A stretch of 64,000 nt of DNA from Elsinoe ampelina. Its lineage: Eukaryota. The stretch's first letter is position 1. Each line of letters begins with the position of its first letter. The translations under genes were made by a program, and so were the position numbers. The notes under the pieces are model-generated. The model was not told the DNA's origin. It saw nothing but the letters and a program-made list of their open reading frames with translations, and searched no databases. The DNA lies in contig ML992509.1 of the NCBI GenBank assembly GCA_010093995.1, positions 1,139,850-1,203,849 of the forward strand. The letters run 5' to 3'. Of this stretch, positions 40,701 through 54,446 are shown in pieces.

Positions 40701-43700
40701 NNNNNNNNNNNNNNNNNNNNNNNNNNNNNNNNNNNNNNNNNNNNNNNNNNNNNNNNNNNNNNNNNNNNNNNNNNNNNNNNNNNNNNNNNNNNNNNNNNNN
40801 NNNNNNNNNNNNNNNNNNNNNNNNNNNNNNNNNNNNNNNNNNNNNNNNNNNNNNNNNNNNNNNNNNNNNNNNNNNNNNNNNNNNNNNNNNNNNNNNNNNN
40901 NNNNNNNNNNNNNNNNNNNNNNNNNNNNNNNNNNNNNNNNNNNNNNNNNNNNNNNNNNNNNNNNNNNNNNNNNNNNNNNNNNNNNNNNNNNNNNNNNNNN
41001 NNNNNNNNNNNNNNNNNNNNNNNNNNNNNNNNNNNNNNNNNNNNNNNNNNNNNNNNNNNNNNNNNNNNNNNNNNNNNNNNNNNNNNNNNNNNNNNNNNNT
41101 AGTTTACTAATAACTTTAGGTAGTAGTATTATAAGGTCTTTACTCTTATAATTAGTAATAATAAGTTACTTCCCCTGTTTATTAACAGGTTAAGGATCTA
41201 GTTTAGGATGTTAGTATTACTCCTCTTATTCTTTAATAGGGGTAGATAATTGTTGTTTATATCTAGGGATTAAAGGGTAGTTAGATATTAGTTGTTTAGC
41301 TTAAGTAGTTTATAGATTCTTATAACTAAAGAGTAGTTAATTATAGCTATAGCCTTAATTATAATTACTACTAAATGTCTACTCCCCCTAAAGCTATAAA
41401 GCCTTAGGTTGTTATATCTATAAGATATATAGCTATTTAATAACTTATATTACCTAGTCTTTATAGACTATATTCTTATTAAATGTTATATAGGGTAATA
41501 TAATAATCTTTCCCTTCTAGGCTTACTAAGCATAATACTAATAGAGTATCTAGATAAGGTAATTAGTTATTAAGTTATTCTATATACTAATATACTAACT
41601 AAGTAGTACTCTAGCTTAGAATTTATATAATTTAGAAANNNNNNNNNNNNNNNNNNNNNNNNNNNNNNNNNNNNNNNNNNNNNNNNNNNNNNNNNNNNNN
41701 NNNNNNNNNNNNNNNNNNNNNNNNNNNNNNNNNNNGTGTTTAGTAATAATAGTAAGTATATATAATTATAAAGCTTAATAATTAACTTCTTACCTTTACT
41801 ATTAGTTAGAGTAAGCCTAACTATACTAACCTCTATATTAAGTAGCTTCTTTATGCTAATAGCCTATTTAAATTTAAGAACACCTTTATATACCTTAATT
41901 GTTAAGAACTATAACCTGTCTTTAATAAAGTGCCTTAATATACTAGAGTTATAGATTGCTCTATTCTTATGTCACGAACTGTCTAAATATAGCCTACACT
42001 AGTAGTCTAAGCTAAGCTAAGAACGAGGTAGTTCTACTTCTATAGTAGTATAGCACTAAGGTAAGAGTCGGAGAAGGTATATCTTATAGATAATAAAGTA
42101 TAATTAGATAGTATTATAAAGGCTAGCCTTAGCAATACTAGTGTTTACTATCTAGATAAGGTTAACTATAGTACTTACATAAGGTAAGGACTACTCCTAT
42201 ATATATATGTCCTTTACTATATACTCTATGTGCTCTATATGCTCCGTAGCAAGAGTTAGAGGCAATATAGAGTATATGTCCGCTAGTAACCTACGTACTC
42301 TATAGTCCCCGGGGTAGAGCTACTAGAGAAGATAGAGAACTAGGTAAATGTCGGGCTAGATTATATAATAACCTTAGTAGTTTAATTGGTCCTAACATCT
42401 CTACGCTTTAGCTATCCTACTAGTTCGTAACATTACTCTCCTTCCTTAATCGAGTTGTCCTAACGAGTAAGTATCCTTCTTTGTCCTTGCGCGCTATATA
42501 CTAAATATGCCTCCTAGTCGTTAAAGGTATAGTAAATCTAGTATATCTATACGAAAGAACCTCTCGGAGTTTATTAAATTATTTAGGACTAATATGCTAT
42601 AGGCTTACTCTCGTTATAGGTCGAAAGAGCTAGACTATAAAGTCTATATTTAGTTAGGTATTTATAGCTAGTATGTTATAAGTAACTACTTAGGTTATAA
42701 TATTTAAGTAATAAAATCGAAATAGTAGCGTCTCTAGTCTAAGTATATTCGTTTACAAAAGGAATTAGTTATAGCTAAGGCTACTAGAAAGAAAGCTAAA
42801 GAAGCTTATAAAAAGGCAAAAGAGGCTTATTAAAGAGCTATAGGCGATAAGCTTTATCTACGCGAAGAGATATAAAAGTTAGAGGACAAGGCGGAGAAAG
42901 TAATCTCTCTAGAAGAGACTCGTACTTAAGTCTTAGAGTAGGAGGAAATACTATTGTTAGTGGATCCTGTCCTACCGTAGGACTAGTAATTATTTATACT
43001 TAACTCTAATTAGAGTTCCTTACTTAGTAACAATTAAGGTGCTTCTATTAGGGTAGCGATCTTTCTTAGGCATTCTTGTTTTTGTTTAGTGTTTAGAGTA
43101 CTAGGTCCGTCTAGTTAGTTTGCTTAGAATAGGTTCTCGATCTAGTAATCTAGGATTACTTACGAGGTAAGGTGCTCCTCTAGTTCCTATATTACTTCGC
43201 TATACTAATGTCCCTTCTAGTAAATAAGATAGTAGCGTTTTTCTTTTATAAGTTTATAACGTAAAATCCTTTCGATCTTATACCGTAGCTTCTATGTTTC
43301 TTTATCTAGTTCGATAGGTCTAGGTATAGTATTCTATAGTGCTTTCTCTAGTAGTAATATATAAAAGACTAGATAGATCCTTATATGTCTTAGTAGTTCT
43401 AGTTTATATACGTTCTTGTTTTTCTTTTCTAGGATCTTAAAGAGTCTTAGTTTAGTATAGTTAAGTTTCTTACTTAGTCGTTTCGTTTTAATGTTTTTAC
43501 TAAGGAGGTAAACTTTCTCTCTCTCCTATAGAATTAGTCCTGCAATTCTCTTCTAGTTAGCAAATTCGGCTATTCTTTATAATATAAATACTATATTATA
43601 GTATAGCTAGTTATATAGTTTCTTAATATTAGCTACTAGTATATTAGCGTCCTTAGATATTAGCTTAATTCCGAGTATGTCGTAGTATAGATCCGGGTGT

Positions 43701-46700
43701 ATTCTATAGTTTACGTAGAATAGTAAAACTCTATTTGCTAATTTTCTATTGTTAATAGCAAGCTCCGCGAGTAGTAATAGTGTCGCCTATAAGTCTTACT
43801 TATAGTTTAGGTAGCATCGTAGGTACTACTCTAGTACTTAATTTACCCGTTTAGTTTGTCCGTCTATTTATAGATAAAAGAAGGTTAATAGCTTATGTTT
43901 GACTCCTAGTAGGTCTATAAATAATTGCTAGAATTGTGACGTAAATAGCTTATCCCTATTAGTTATTAGGTCTCGTAGTACTCTATATTATAAAACAATT
44001 GTTTAGAGGAAGGTAAAGGCTATATCCTTAGTAGTTACTATTATCTTATATAGTACAAAGTAGTAATACTTTATAAACCTATCTACTAGAACTAGAATGC
44101 TATTATACTTTACACCTATAAGAGGTTCTTCTAATAGTAGTAAAGGTTCTATAAAGTCTATCGTGACCGATTACTATAGTTTATCTAGTAGTAGTAGGGG
44201 TTATAATAGGCTATATAGCTTATGTCGTAAGTGCTTAGACTTATAGCATATATCGTATATAGTAATATACGTCTTAACATCGTTTCGGAGTCTCTTCTAT
44301 AGGTAGTTTTATATAATAAGTTTAATAGTCTTATCGATTCTACTATGCTCTACTATTAGGTTATTATAGTATATTCGAATAACTTCTTTCTTCTATTCTT
44401 GCGTAAGCTCCTAGGTAAGGCTATATAACTACTCTACCTTTAGGTGCTTATAGACTAGAGCGCCGTCTTACTACTTTAGTATAGAGGCCTCTATTATTGT
44501 TATATTCTTTAAATAATCTAGTTGTCGGCTAAGAGTGTCTACTTTACTATTCTTTAATCCCTTAATATAGTAGATCTAAAAGTTATAGCTTATAAGTGTT
44601 TCTAACTATCGAACTTGTTATCTATTAAGAACCTTAGTTATTGTCTAATATAATAGGTTCTTATAGTTAGTATAGACTTATATAGGTAAGGTTATTCCTT
44701 CTAGGTATACTCTCTATTCGTAGAATGCCTTTATAATTGTAAGTAACTCCTTGTCGTGTATGTCGTAGTTAAGTTTAGGTCTAGTTATTTTTTATAAGTA
44801 GTATACAATTAGGTAGCGTTATTCTTCCGCGTCCTTCTATACTAGAAACACTTCTATCGTAAAGTCTAAGGCATCTATTTCTAGTAGTACTTATTAGTCT
44901 AGGTTAAAGAGTGCTAGGATAGGTGCTATTATAAGTCTAAGCTTTAGCTTCTTAAAGGCCTACCTACATTTCTTATTAAAGACAAATCTAGTTTCTTTCT
45001 TTATAAGGTTAGATATTAGCGTAGCTACCTTAGAGAATCCTTTAATAAACTTATAGTAGTAGTTAAAGAACTCTAGTAGCGCTTAAACCTCCCTAACCGT
45101 AGTAGGTTCTAGCTAGTCGTTTACTAACTTAATCTTTCTCGAGTTAGGTCTAATACTGTTAGTAGATATAATATAGCCTAGAAATTATATCTTATGTTTA
45201 TAAAACTCGTACTTAGAGAGCTTTACTAGTAGGTCTTTTTCTTTTAGTTTCTATAGCACTTTATAAATATGTCCTATATATTTATCGTACGTCTTTAAGA
45301 AGATAATAATATTGTCTAAATATACTAAGACAAAGTTATTAAGGTATTCTCGTAGAGTGTTATTAATTAACTCTTAGAAGGTTATAGGAGCGTTAGTTAA
45401 CCTAAAGAGTATAACGAGGTACTTATATAGACTCTATTACGTTCTAAAAGCTATCTTCTACTCCTTACTCTCCTTTATTCGTACTTAATAATAGGCGTCT
45501 CTAATGTCGATTATAGTAAACTATTTAGCTCTAAGTAGTCGGTCTTAAAGTTCGTCGATCCTTAGTAGAGGATAGCGATTCTTCCTAGTAAGTGTATTAA
45601 GTTTCTAGTAATTAATACATATTTATAACGTCCTATCCTTTTTAGGTGCAAAAAGCACTTCGTGCGTAATAGGTGATTTTAATAGTTATATAAATTCTTT
45701 AAGTAAGTACTTATCGATGTAGTTCTTAAGGACGTTCTTCTCTTATTTCGATAGTAGTATAAGACCTTAATAGTATGTTAGGGATTTACTCTCTTTAAAG
45801 AGTATTTTATAATTCTATAGTTTATGTTAGAGTAAGGCTATAATACCTTCTCTTTCTTTAAACAAGTCCTTAAAGTCTTTATATTCTAGCGGAAGTGCTT
45901 AATTACTTATACTAGCGATAGCTCTAACTATTAGTTGTACCTATACTATTCTTATAGTTAGTATCCGCGGAGCTAATTATACTCCCTATATTCTATAATT
46001 ATACTTAGGGAATTCGAGTGTTTCTTTAATCTAGTCTACGTCTAGGTTATGTTATTAAAGCTAGTCTATGCTAAGTACTATATTATACTACATGTCTACT
46101 ATATCGATCGATCGTTTTTCTATATATGTTTCGATTTTAATTATAACATTTTATAGTTCCTAAGTAACTTTCCCGTCCTTCTCTATAGAGGTTCTATTCG
46201 CTATAGTAAGTAGGTAAGGTAACTCCTTCTAGTGCTAATAAGGTTTAAGCTAATTAGTAACTATTATAGAGATATAGCTATAGTTAGCTCCTAAATCTAT
46301 TATTGCTCTTACCTTACTCTCTTATATTTCGACTTCTAGTATAAAGTAGTTTAATATATAGATCTTTATTATATTAAGGCTTTAGCTAGTGTTATTGTCT
46401 TGCCTTATTAGGCGACAACTAGCTAGTTTTTTATCATTATAGCTCCTTAGATAAGTAGCTAATCCCTTCCTACACGTATCTACTATTAGTACTATATCTA
46501 TTAGGTAAGTTATATTTTGTCGCTGTTTAATATAGTAAGGTAAACTTCTAGCGCCTAAGTCCCTTAGTAACTATAAAGTCTAATAATTCTCTACTAGTTA
46601 TACTAAGTAGTGTTATACACCTATATTAGTATAACTATTCCTTCCGGGTATAGCTAGGCATTAGTATTAAAGACGAAAACAAGTTATATAGATTCGTCTT

Positions 46701-49700
46701 ATAGTGTCCTATTCTAGTAGTAGGTGTATATTATTATATAATTCCTCTATATCTCTATAAGGTATACTTTAAGTCGTCTACCTAGTAGTAGTATATTATT
46801 GTTATTGTTGTTATTATTAGATAAGTTCTTATCTATATTATTACGTTGTAGTTATTCGGTGTATTCTTCGTTATATTTCTCTTCGTTGCTACTGCCCCTA
46901 GTATAGTTATAGTTAGTAAAGCTACACTAAGTATATTCTCTTACTTAGCTATAGGGGATAGTACTACCTATTTCGATTACCGAGAAGTCTATAGTATATT
47001 TAAGACTAATAGCGTCTTCTCCGAGTATGTCGTATAAGTAGATAGTATAGTACTATTTACAATTTAGATTTATACATTTCTAGAGCGACATATAATATGC
47101 CTTTCCTTGTAGTACGCTATAAGAGCTAAAGGTAAGGCTACTATATTGTCGCGTAGCACTTGTGTCCTAATACTTCGTCTCGATAATCGTATATTAGTAA
47201 TTGTCGCTAACTACCTTCTAAGGTTAGTTACTATTACTACTAATTATAGGGAGCTCTTCTAGGTTAGGTTCCTAGTCTAGCTATTTTGTTAGTTACCTAC
47301 GCTTAGATAGCTTATATAGGAACTAACTAGATCCTTGCTTATCTAATAAGTGAATATAACAAGAGTTATTATAATATACTATCTATAATAGTGTCGCGTG
47401 TTAGCTTTGTTATTTACTATTAGTTATAGAGATATTAAGTATAATATCCGGAGAGAATTCTACTACCTCTCGAGTTATCGTAGACTTCTTCTATATTTCC
47501 TTACCTACGCTAAAGGTTGTTAGGTCTTCTATAGTAGTATTAGCCTTTTTCTCTACTAGCCTAGCAACTATTATATATAATCTATTAGCTAGCGCCCCTT
47601 ATTAGTAGTCTCTAGCTCGATACTTAGGTCTTTTACACTTAAAATATAAGTTGTCTTATCTATACTTCTCTCTCTCTTTTCTACTAAGGAACTTTCCTCT
47701 ATAGCCGTAGCCTTATGCCTATAAGAGGTAGCCTTCGCGTATAGTATTAAGCTCTATAGAGTCTCTATAGTTTCGGGAGGAACGCGTATATCTAGTGTTT
47801 ACCTTATATCCTCTATAACGTTCTATACGTCGTTTGTAAAGTCTATTATTAATAGTAATTATAGTGTCTACTAGTTCCTAAAGGCTATCGGGTAGCTTAG
47901 GTATTATTTAGTCTTTAACTAAGTCGCTTAGTCCTTAATAGAATACTAAGTGTTTAGTACTATTATTCTAGTCTAGATATATTATAAGTTATTAGAACTA
48001 GGAATAGTACTAGGCTATAGACCTACGTTGTTATAGTTATTAGATCTTTGTTATAGTAATACGTTCCTTATTAGATACGTTAAAGACTTACTTAATCTTT
48101 GCCTAGAAGATACTAAAGCTCTTAAAGATAGCCTTTATATCTAGGCCTAGTTATCTATCTAGGTAGCTACTTATATAAGGCTCGAACTACCCGAAGGCGG
48201 CGCCTTTAAGGTGTATCCCGGCGTAAAGGACCTTTGCTACGTCGTTAGCGTACTTATCTCTCTCTAGAGTAAAGAAGGCTTTAAGTTAAATAAGGAAGCG
48301 CCTTAAGTAGGCGTAGTTCCTATAGAAGAGTTCTACCTCTAACTTAGGCCTACTCTGTCCTTCTATACTAAAAGACCTTCTATATTCGCCCGAGGTTAAA
48401 CTAGTAGTAGATATGTCGTTAATAGTAAGCTTTCCTAGCTTACTAGCGATTGAAGATGCTAATAGTAACTTAGAGTAAGAGTTACTTATTAACCTCGTAG
48501 CGTGCTATACTATAGTAAGAGTAGTTAAAATGTTATAAACTGTCTAAACATAGCCTATACTAGTAGTCTAAGCTAAGCTAAGAACGAGGTAGTTCTACTT
48601 CTATAGTAGTATAGTACTAAGGTAAGAGTTAGAGAAGGTATATCTTATAGATAATAAAGTATAATTAGATAGTATTACGAAGGCTAGCCTTAGTAATACT
48701 AGTGTTCGCTATCTAGACGAGGTTAACTATAGTACTTATATAAGGTAAGGACTACTCCTATATATATATATTCTTTACTATATACTCTATATACTCTATA
48801 CGCTCTATAGCGAGAGTCGGGGGCAATATAGAGTACACGTCCGCTAGTAACCTATGTACTCTATAGTCCCTAGGGTAGAGCCGCTAGAGAAGATAGAGAA
48901 CTAAGTAAACGTCGGGCTAGGTTACGTAATAACCTTAGTAGTTTAATTAGTCCTAACGTCCTTACGCTTTAGCTGTCCTACTAGTTCGTAATATCTTACT
49001 ATAGGTTAAGAATAATAATATAGATACTACTACTACTCTATAGACTAGTATAATAATATTAATATTAGTGTTAGAGTATTTATCTAATTTACCTACCTTA
49101 GTAGGTTCTCTAGATTCTTTAATAGCTATTTAACCTTTAACTTTCTTAGTCTTTAACTTATTACTTTTACCTTTAGCCTTTATACCTTTATTATTTAATC
49201 TATCTTTATTATCTTTTTTGCTTTAACTCTTTAGTACTTTCTTAGAGTACTACTTAAAGTAATTTATATTAGAGTAGACATAATAAGTATACTAAGTATA
49301 TTAATCCTTAATATAACTAGCTACTCTATAAATAGGGTTTAGATTAGTTTTTCTATTATATAGAGGCTTCTATATTCTAAGAGAGCCTATTATCTCTTTA
49401 AGACTCTTCTTATAGTTAAGGCTAGATCTCTAGCTCCTTAACTATTTAGTAGTCTCTATTCCTATAATAAATATAGTCTTAATATAGTATAGAGAGAGCC
49501 TAAACTTATCTAGTTTAGTACTAATAGTACTTACTCTTTGCTCTATAGTAATAGTATATTAATAATAGTACTTTATAAAATCTTTATAGTACCTTTAGGT
49601 ATTATAACTTATTATAATTACTTTATTAAGGTTATAGATAGCTATATATAGCTTATATGAAATAATAGGTTTAAATGTAGCTTTAATAGTGTCTAGAAGT

Positions 49701-50383
49701 TTCTTTAAAGTCTTCTAAGTTATACTATAGTAAGGTCTAATAGATTTATAAATCCTTATTATAATAACACTATAAGTAATTCTATTATTCTTATACTAGG
49801 TCTTGTTCCTAACCTTATAGACTACCTTAGTACCTTTACTAGTATCTAGGGCTAGTTCTTTAGGCTTTATAACTACTAGTATCTAGTTAATATTATAAAT
49901 TATATATCTAAGTATATTCTTTTTAAGGAGGGCTACCTTAAGGGTTAATCTCTAAGTATTATAGTTACTTTCTCTCTTAAGAATCTAAGTCTTAAGCATT
50001 TTTGCTAATCTAGACATAATAATAGTAATTAGCTAAAGGCCTATTAATTTAATTAATGTAATTAGCTTATTTAAGCCGTTTAAGCTGTTTAATTAAAGGG
50101 TTAATACGGGCTACTATAAGTGTTTATCTTAATATAGCTAGTCTAGAATTTAGTATAGGCGGCTTAGTAATTCTTTTAATAATAATACGCTTAATTTGCT
50201 ATAGCTTTAAGTGCTTTTATAGAAGCGCTAGGCTTATAACCTGTTATAACTAGCAAATCGGATCGAGAGACGTGTGTATTATTTAGAGAGTTACAATAAC
50301 TAATTTATCTACTGTGCGTGCGCTGACTCATTAGTGCCAGTTCTTCAGTACCAGAGAAGCTGTACTAGCCTTCCATTACAACA
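37777..50383 (-). mobile_element. Ty1/Copia LTR retrotransposon, RIP-inactivated, interrupted by a nested Gypsy and three assembly gaps
   Basis: 142-bp LTRs at 37777-37918 and 50242-50383; TSD AATTG on both sides. PBS GGTTATAAGCC is the RIP form of GGTTATGAGCC (half-tRNAiMet type). RIP-reverted protease YDSGASRHF (~41950), RT NNTRPDI (~40320), RNase H SKHIDLRNH...ADILTKP (~39750-39860). N gaps at 38191-38410, 40412-41099 and 41639-41735. Confidence 0.93.
41970..48993 (-). mobile_element. Ty3/Gypsy chromovirus-type element (copy 2), full length, nested in Copia
   Basis: Reverse-complement homologue of 288-7263; 463-bp LTRs at 41970-42432 (3') and 48531-48993 (5'); perfect TSD TCTTA at 41965-41969 and 48994-48998; inserted just upstream of the Copia protease motif. 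Confidence 0.97.
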
Positions 50384-50818
50384 AATTGTCCAAGGGTCCA
50401 CTTCCACGGCGCGGGTCTTGGCAGGCACAGACACCACCTTCAGCTCCGCTACCAGGTTTATCTCCAAACCATGCTGGATCTGCAGACACATGTGTGCATC
50501 GAGCCACACCTGCCTCAAAGGGGACAATGATCACGAAATTGCAATCTCCTCGGCAGTCGCTGCGCGCTTCGGTAGGCTAGTCTGGAACCACCTCTCCGGC
50601 AACGACAATCTCGGTGGAACCGGTCAAGGTATGAGCACGAATGCAATTCGTTGAGACGCGCAACGCACTACGGCGCATAGGAGGCCGGCCTCGCTCGAGA
50701 TATGTGATATCCTAGGTCCTTCTCCCTGCTGGCCATTTCCCTTCAAAACTGTCATTTCACTGTCCGTTCTCAGATCAAGGCCTTCCTGTGATCTCAATCA
50801 CTTCGTTTTCCGATCACC

Positions 50819-53800
50819 ATGAATCGTTCTTTCAAGGTGACGGTGCTTCTCTTTCTGCTTACTCCCTTGCTAGGCAGGGGAAGCTGTCAGTCCTTCTTCA
50901 ACGTCAACTCTGCGTTCGCACTCCTGTCCACCGACCTTGCGGCCGAAACTTTGGACCTTCCGATTGGAACGTGCAATGCTCGAACCCCATGTCCCAACGG
51001 AGCTTGCTGTAGCGGTGTAAGTGCAGATGAATCGTGCTTCGAGGCCGCCGCCACTCATGCTCTGTCAGGTCTCAGGTCTATGCGGCTATTCACCATCCGA
51101 ATGTGGAGCTGGCAACTGTACATCAAATTGCAATGCTAAAGCTGAGTGCGGCGAGTTTGGTACTCCTGGCAAGCAGAATTGCCCTTTGGGCGTATGCTGC
51201 TCCAAGTTCGGGTTGGTTCCTTCCACGAATGGCCGCTCCTCCAGTCATTGAGTCAACATGCTAATCTGTGCTCTTGGCAGTTTTTGCGGCTCTACGAAGG
51301 ACTTTTGCGATATTGATGCCGGCTGCCAGGGCGGCTTCGGAGGCTGTGGTGATGTGCAACGTCCAACATGTAGTAAAGACGCTGGTTCCGTGAGCGGTCG
51401 GTCGATTGGGTATTATGAGACCTGGGCGAACACACGACCCTGCAGCAGTGTCTCTCCCGAGGACTTGAACGTCGATGGTCTGACCCACGTTAATTTCGCT
51501 TTTGTATTTTTCGATCCTGGCACTTTCCAGATTATCCCCATGGACAGCAACGCTGGCAGCCTGTTAAGTCGATTCACCGCCATCAAAGAGAGAAAGCCGG
51601 GTCTACAGACATGGGTCAGCGTCGGAGGATGGTCCTTCAATGATCGTGAGCCACCAACTACTACGTTTGTCATCTTGGCTTACGCTTTTCACAGCCGGTC
51701 CTTACCAGAAAGCGTTCAGCGACATGGCTATGACAGCTGCAAATCGACGACGGTTTATCGATGGACTCATTACCTTCATGGAGACCTACGGTTTTGATGG
51801 CATGGACCTGGACTGGGAATATCCCACTGCTGGTTGGTTTGCGCTAATCGACGACACTCACATTATGTGACTGATGCCTCCTAGACGATCGCGGTGGGAG
51901 ACCAGAAGACCAGGAGAACTTTGTCCTGCTTTCTGAAGATATTAGGAAAGCGTTCGGGACAAAGTACGGCTATAGTATTACTCTGCCCGCATCTTACTGG
52001 TACCTTCAGCACTTCAGGCTTGCAGAACACCAGAAATATGTCAACTGGTTCAACCTGATGTCATACGACTTGCATGGCGTCTGGGATGCAGCATCTAAGT
52101 TTATTGGTCCTTACGTGGCGCCTCACACAAATATTACCGAGATCGATCAAGGCCTTGATCTACTCTGGAGGGCTGGTGTCAAGCCGGAAAATGTGGTCTT
52201 AGGACAGGGCCGTGAGTCTTATTAGTAATCAGATCGCTTGGGCTAATTAGCACAGTCTATGGCCGCTCCTTCACACTAAGTGACCCTACCTGTAACGTAT
52301 CGGATGGAAAATGTACATTCACAGGTGGGGCTAAGCCAGGAGCATGCTCGCAGGCTTCAGGTATCCTGAATCTGCAAGAGATTATTGACATCATCGACGA
52401 GAAAGGGCTCGAGCCGACCTATGATGAGCCGAGTGGGGTTAAATGTATGGCCTCGCGGTCAATACTCACAACTTGATGCTGATTGTACTACAGGGATCAA
52501 TTGGGATAACGATCAGTGGGTCTCATACGACGACGAGCAGACTCTTAACCAGAAGAGAGAGTTTGCCAACTCCAGATGTCTTGGTGGCATGATGCTATGG
52601 GCATTGGATCAAGTTGACCAACAGAAGAGCTACGCAAGGCCCCCCGGAATGACGGAAGATGAAGCGGCCGAGTCCGAGTATGTGGCTCAAGATGAAGCCG
52701 CAAAGGGAGTCTGCTATACCACGTTCTGCGATGAGGGCTGCCGGAATGGAGATCACGAAGTCTCACAGATGAATGGGCAACCTGGCGCAATTTCGACCAT
52801 GGAGCGATGTGCCGCAGGCCAATACCGCAGGCTCTGCTGCAGCAAAGGCTCCACAATGGGCGAATGTCGTTGGCGTGGCTTTAGGGGTCTCGGTCTATCC
52901 TGCCTCGGAGGTTGCGCTGAAGGCGAGATCCAGATCTCTCAAAATACGAACCATCGATCCGATAAGGAAGATCAGTCATGTACTGGTGGTACGCAAAGCT
53001 ATTGCTGTTCCAGATTCAAACCACCTCTCTCTCGAGAACAAGTGGAAGAAAAGTTCGAGGACGAGGCCGCGGACGCTGCACTCGGTGCGGCAATAGACGT
53101 GGGGACCGAATTGGCAGCCAAGGCATTTTGTCGGGCGGCCATAACAGCTGCGCTGACTCCCCTTGGTTTCATCCCCTTCATTGGTATGTCTTCCCGTGCT
53201 GATGATCAGAGGTATCAACAAATGACTCTCCACAGGTTGGATTCTTCGCTTGGCAGCACAAGCAGCGGTGCCTACTCTAGCTAACGTGTGCGCCAAGGGT
53301 ATCGCGAAGGGCGGTAAGTCGGCATTCAAGTTCAAGGGTAAGGACTACGAGGTCAAGCTCGACAAACCGCTCGACGTGAAGAACGACCGCCCGCCGCAAA
53401 GGGATCGCGATCGACCAGAGTCCAGAGATGAGAAGTGTAATAAGCCGAAGCTCGCCAAGCGACTGAGAGCTCAGACCAATACGGAATACGCATCGCGGGA
53501 CCCAGTCTTCAGAACCTCTACCAAGACCTGTGATGGAACCAACTGGGAACAAGCCTGCCTCAACTACAAGTCTGTTATAGACAAGGGAAGAGTACGAGCG
53601 CTCATGACCTGCCCTGGGACAACTGTTCTTGGCGACATCCGACCGTGGGTCCGGACTTGGAACCGTCAACATGACAACGCATGGGTCGCCAGGATCGGGC
53701 TAGACTGCGAACGTGATGAATGGCCGCCTGCGAGGATCATGCAGGGTCAGGGCCAGCAATGGATTCGCCTGATTCCAGCAGGACAGAACTCGGGAGCCGG

Positions 53801-54446
53801 CCGGCTGATTAGAGGGGTGTGTCCAGACAAGGAGGCTGAGAGAGAAGTTGGTCGAAGTCCAGCCCGCCAAGTACAAGATGAAGGTGGATGCCGCGATCGT
53901 GCCACCTACGTCGTGACGGTCACAACACAAGTTACCAAGCAGCTCCTCTCAATCGAGTTCCGTGGCGTCAATGCTGGCGGCGACTATGGTATCAGCGCCA
54001 ATCCGTGCTGGCCGAGAGGTATTGCGGAACCTGGATTCGCTCTTCTGACCGACGACGACTATTACGATGACGTGCCGATCGCAGTGTTATCAACCACATC
54101 TCTGTATGCAAACCCTCCTATGCGAAGACGCCGAGCGAAACGGGGTTCCTTCTTCGATATGGAAGAGGTTCCTTTGTTGGACGGACCTGCAGCTTCCAAC
54201 ACCACCGATGTTGCAGCAGAAGAAACTTGGGACGGAGTGGTGGATATCCCGTGTGAAGAAGATAATTGCATCAAGGAGATGGAGGAGTTGGGTATACTCT
54301 CTTTGCCTCATGCAAATACTGGACTGAAGACTCCCAAGACAGTAGATGCAGTGCAGACGTCCTCCGCATCTTGGTCCACTGTCCGGACCATAGCGATGGC
54401 TTCAGCGACTGTGACAGGGGCTGTCGGAGTAGCCACAATGGTGTAA
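50819..54446 (+). CDS. Subgroup-C (killer-toxin-like) GH18 chitinase with CBM18/hevein domains and a C-terminal NucA/NucB-like nuclease motif; 8 exons, about 1,090 aa
   Basis: Signal peptide; [14 protein letters not shown] and [14 protein letters not shown] hevein repeats; GYYETW, THVNFAF, SVGGW, intact [27 protein letters not shown]; Cys-rich repeats; hydrophobic segment; CERDEWPPA...QNSGAG. All seven GT-AG introns splice to an open frame. Confidence 0.93.

Noticed and set aside
38191..41735. Runs of N
   Set aside because: They are assembly gaps within the Copia element, not biological features.
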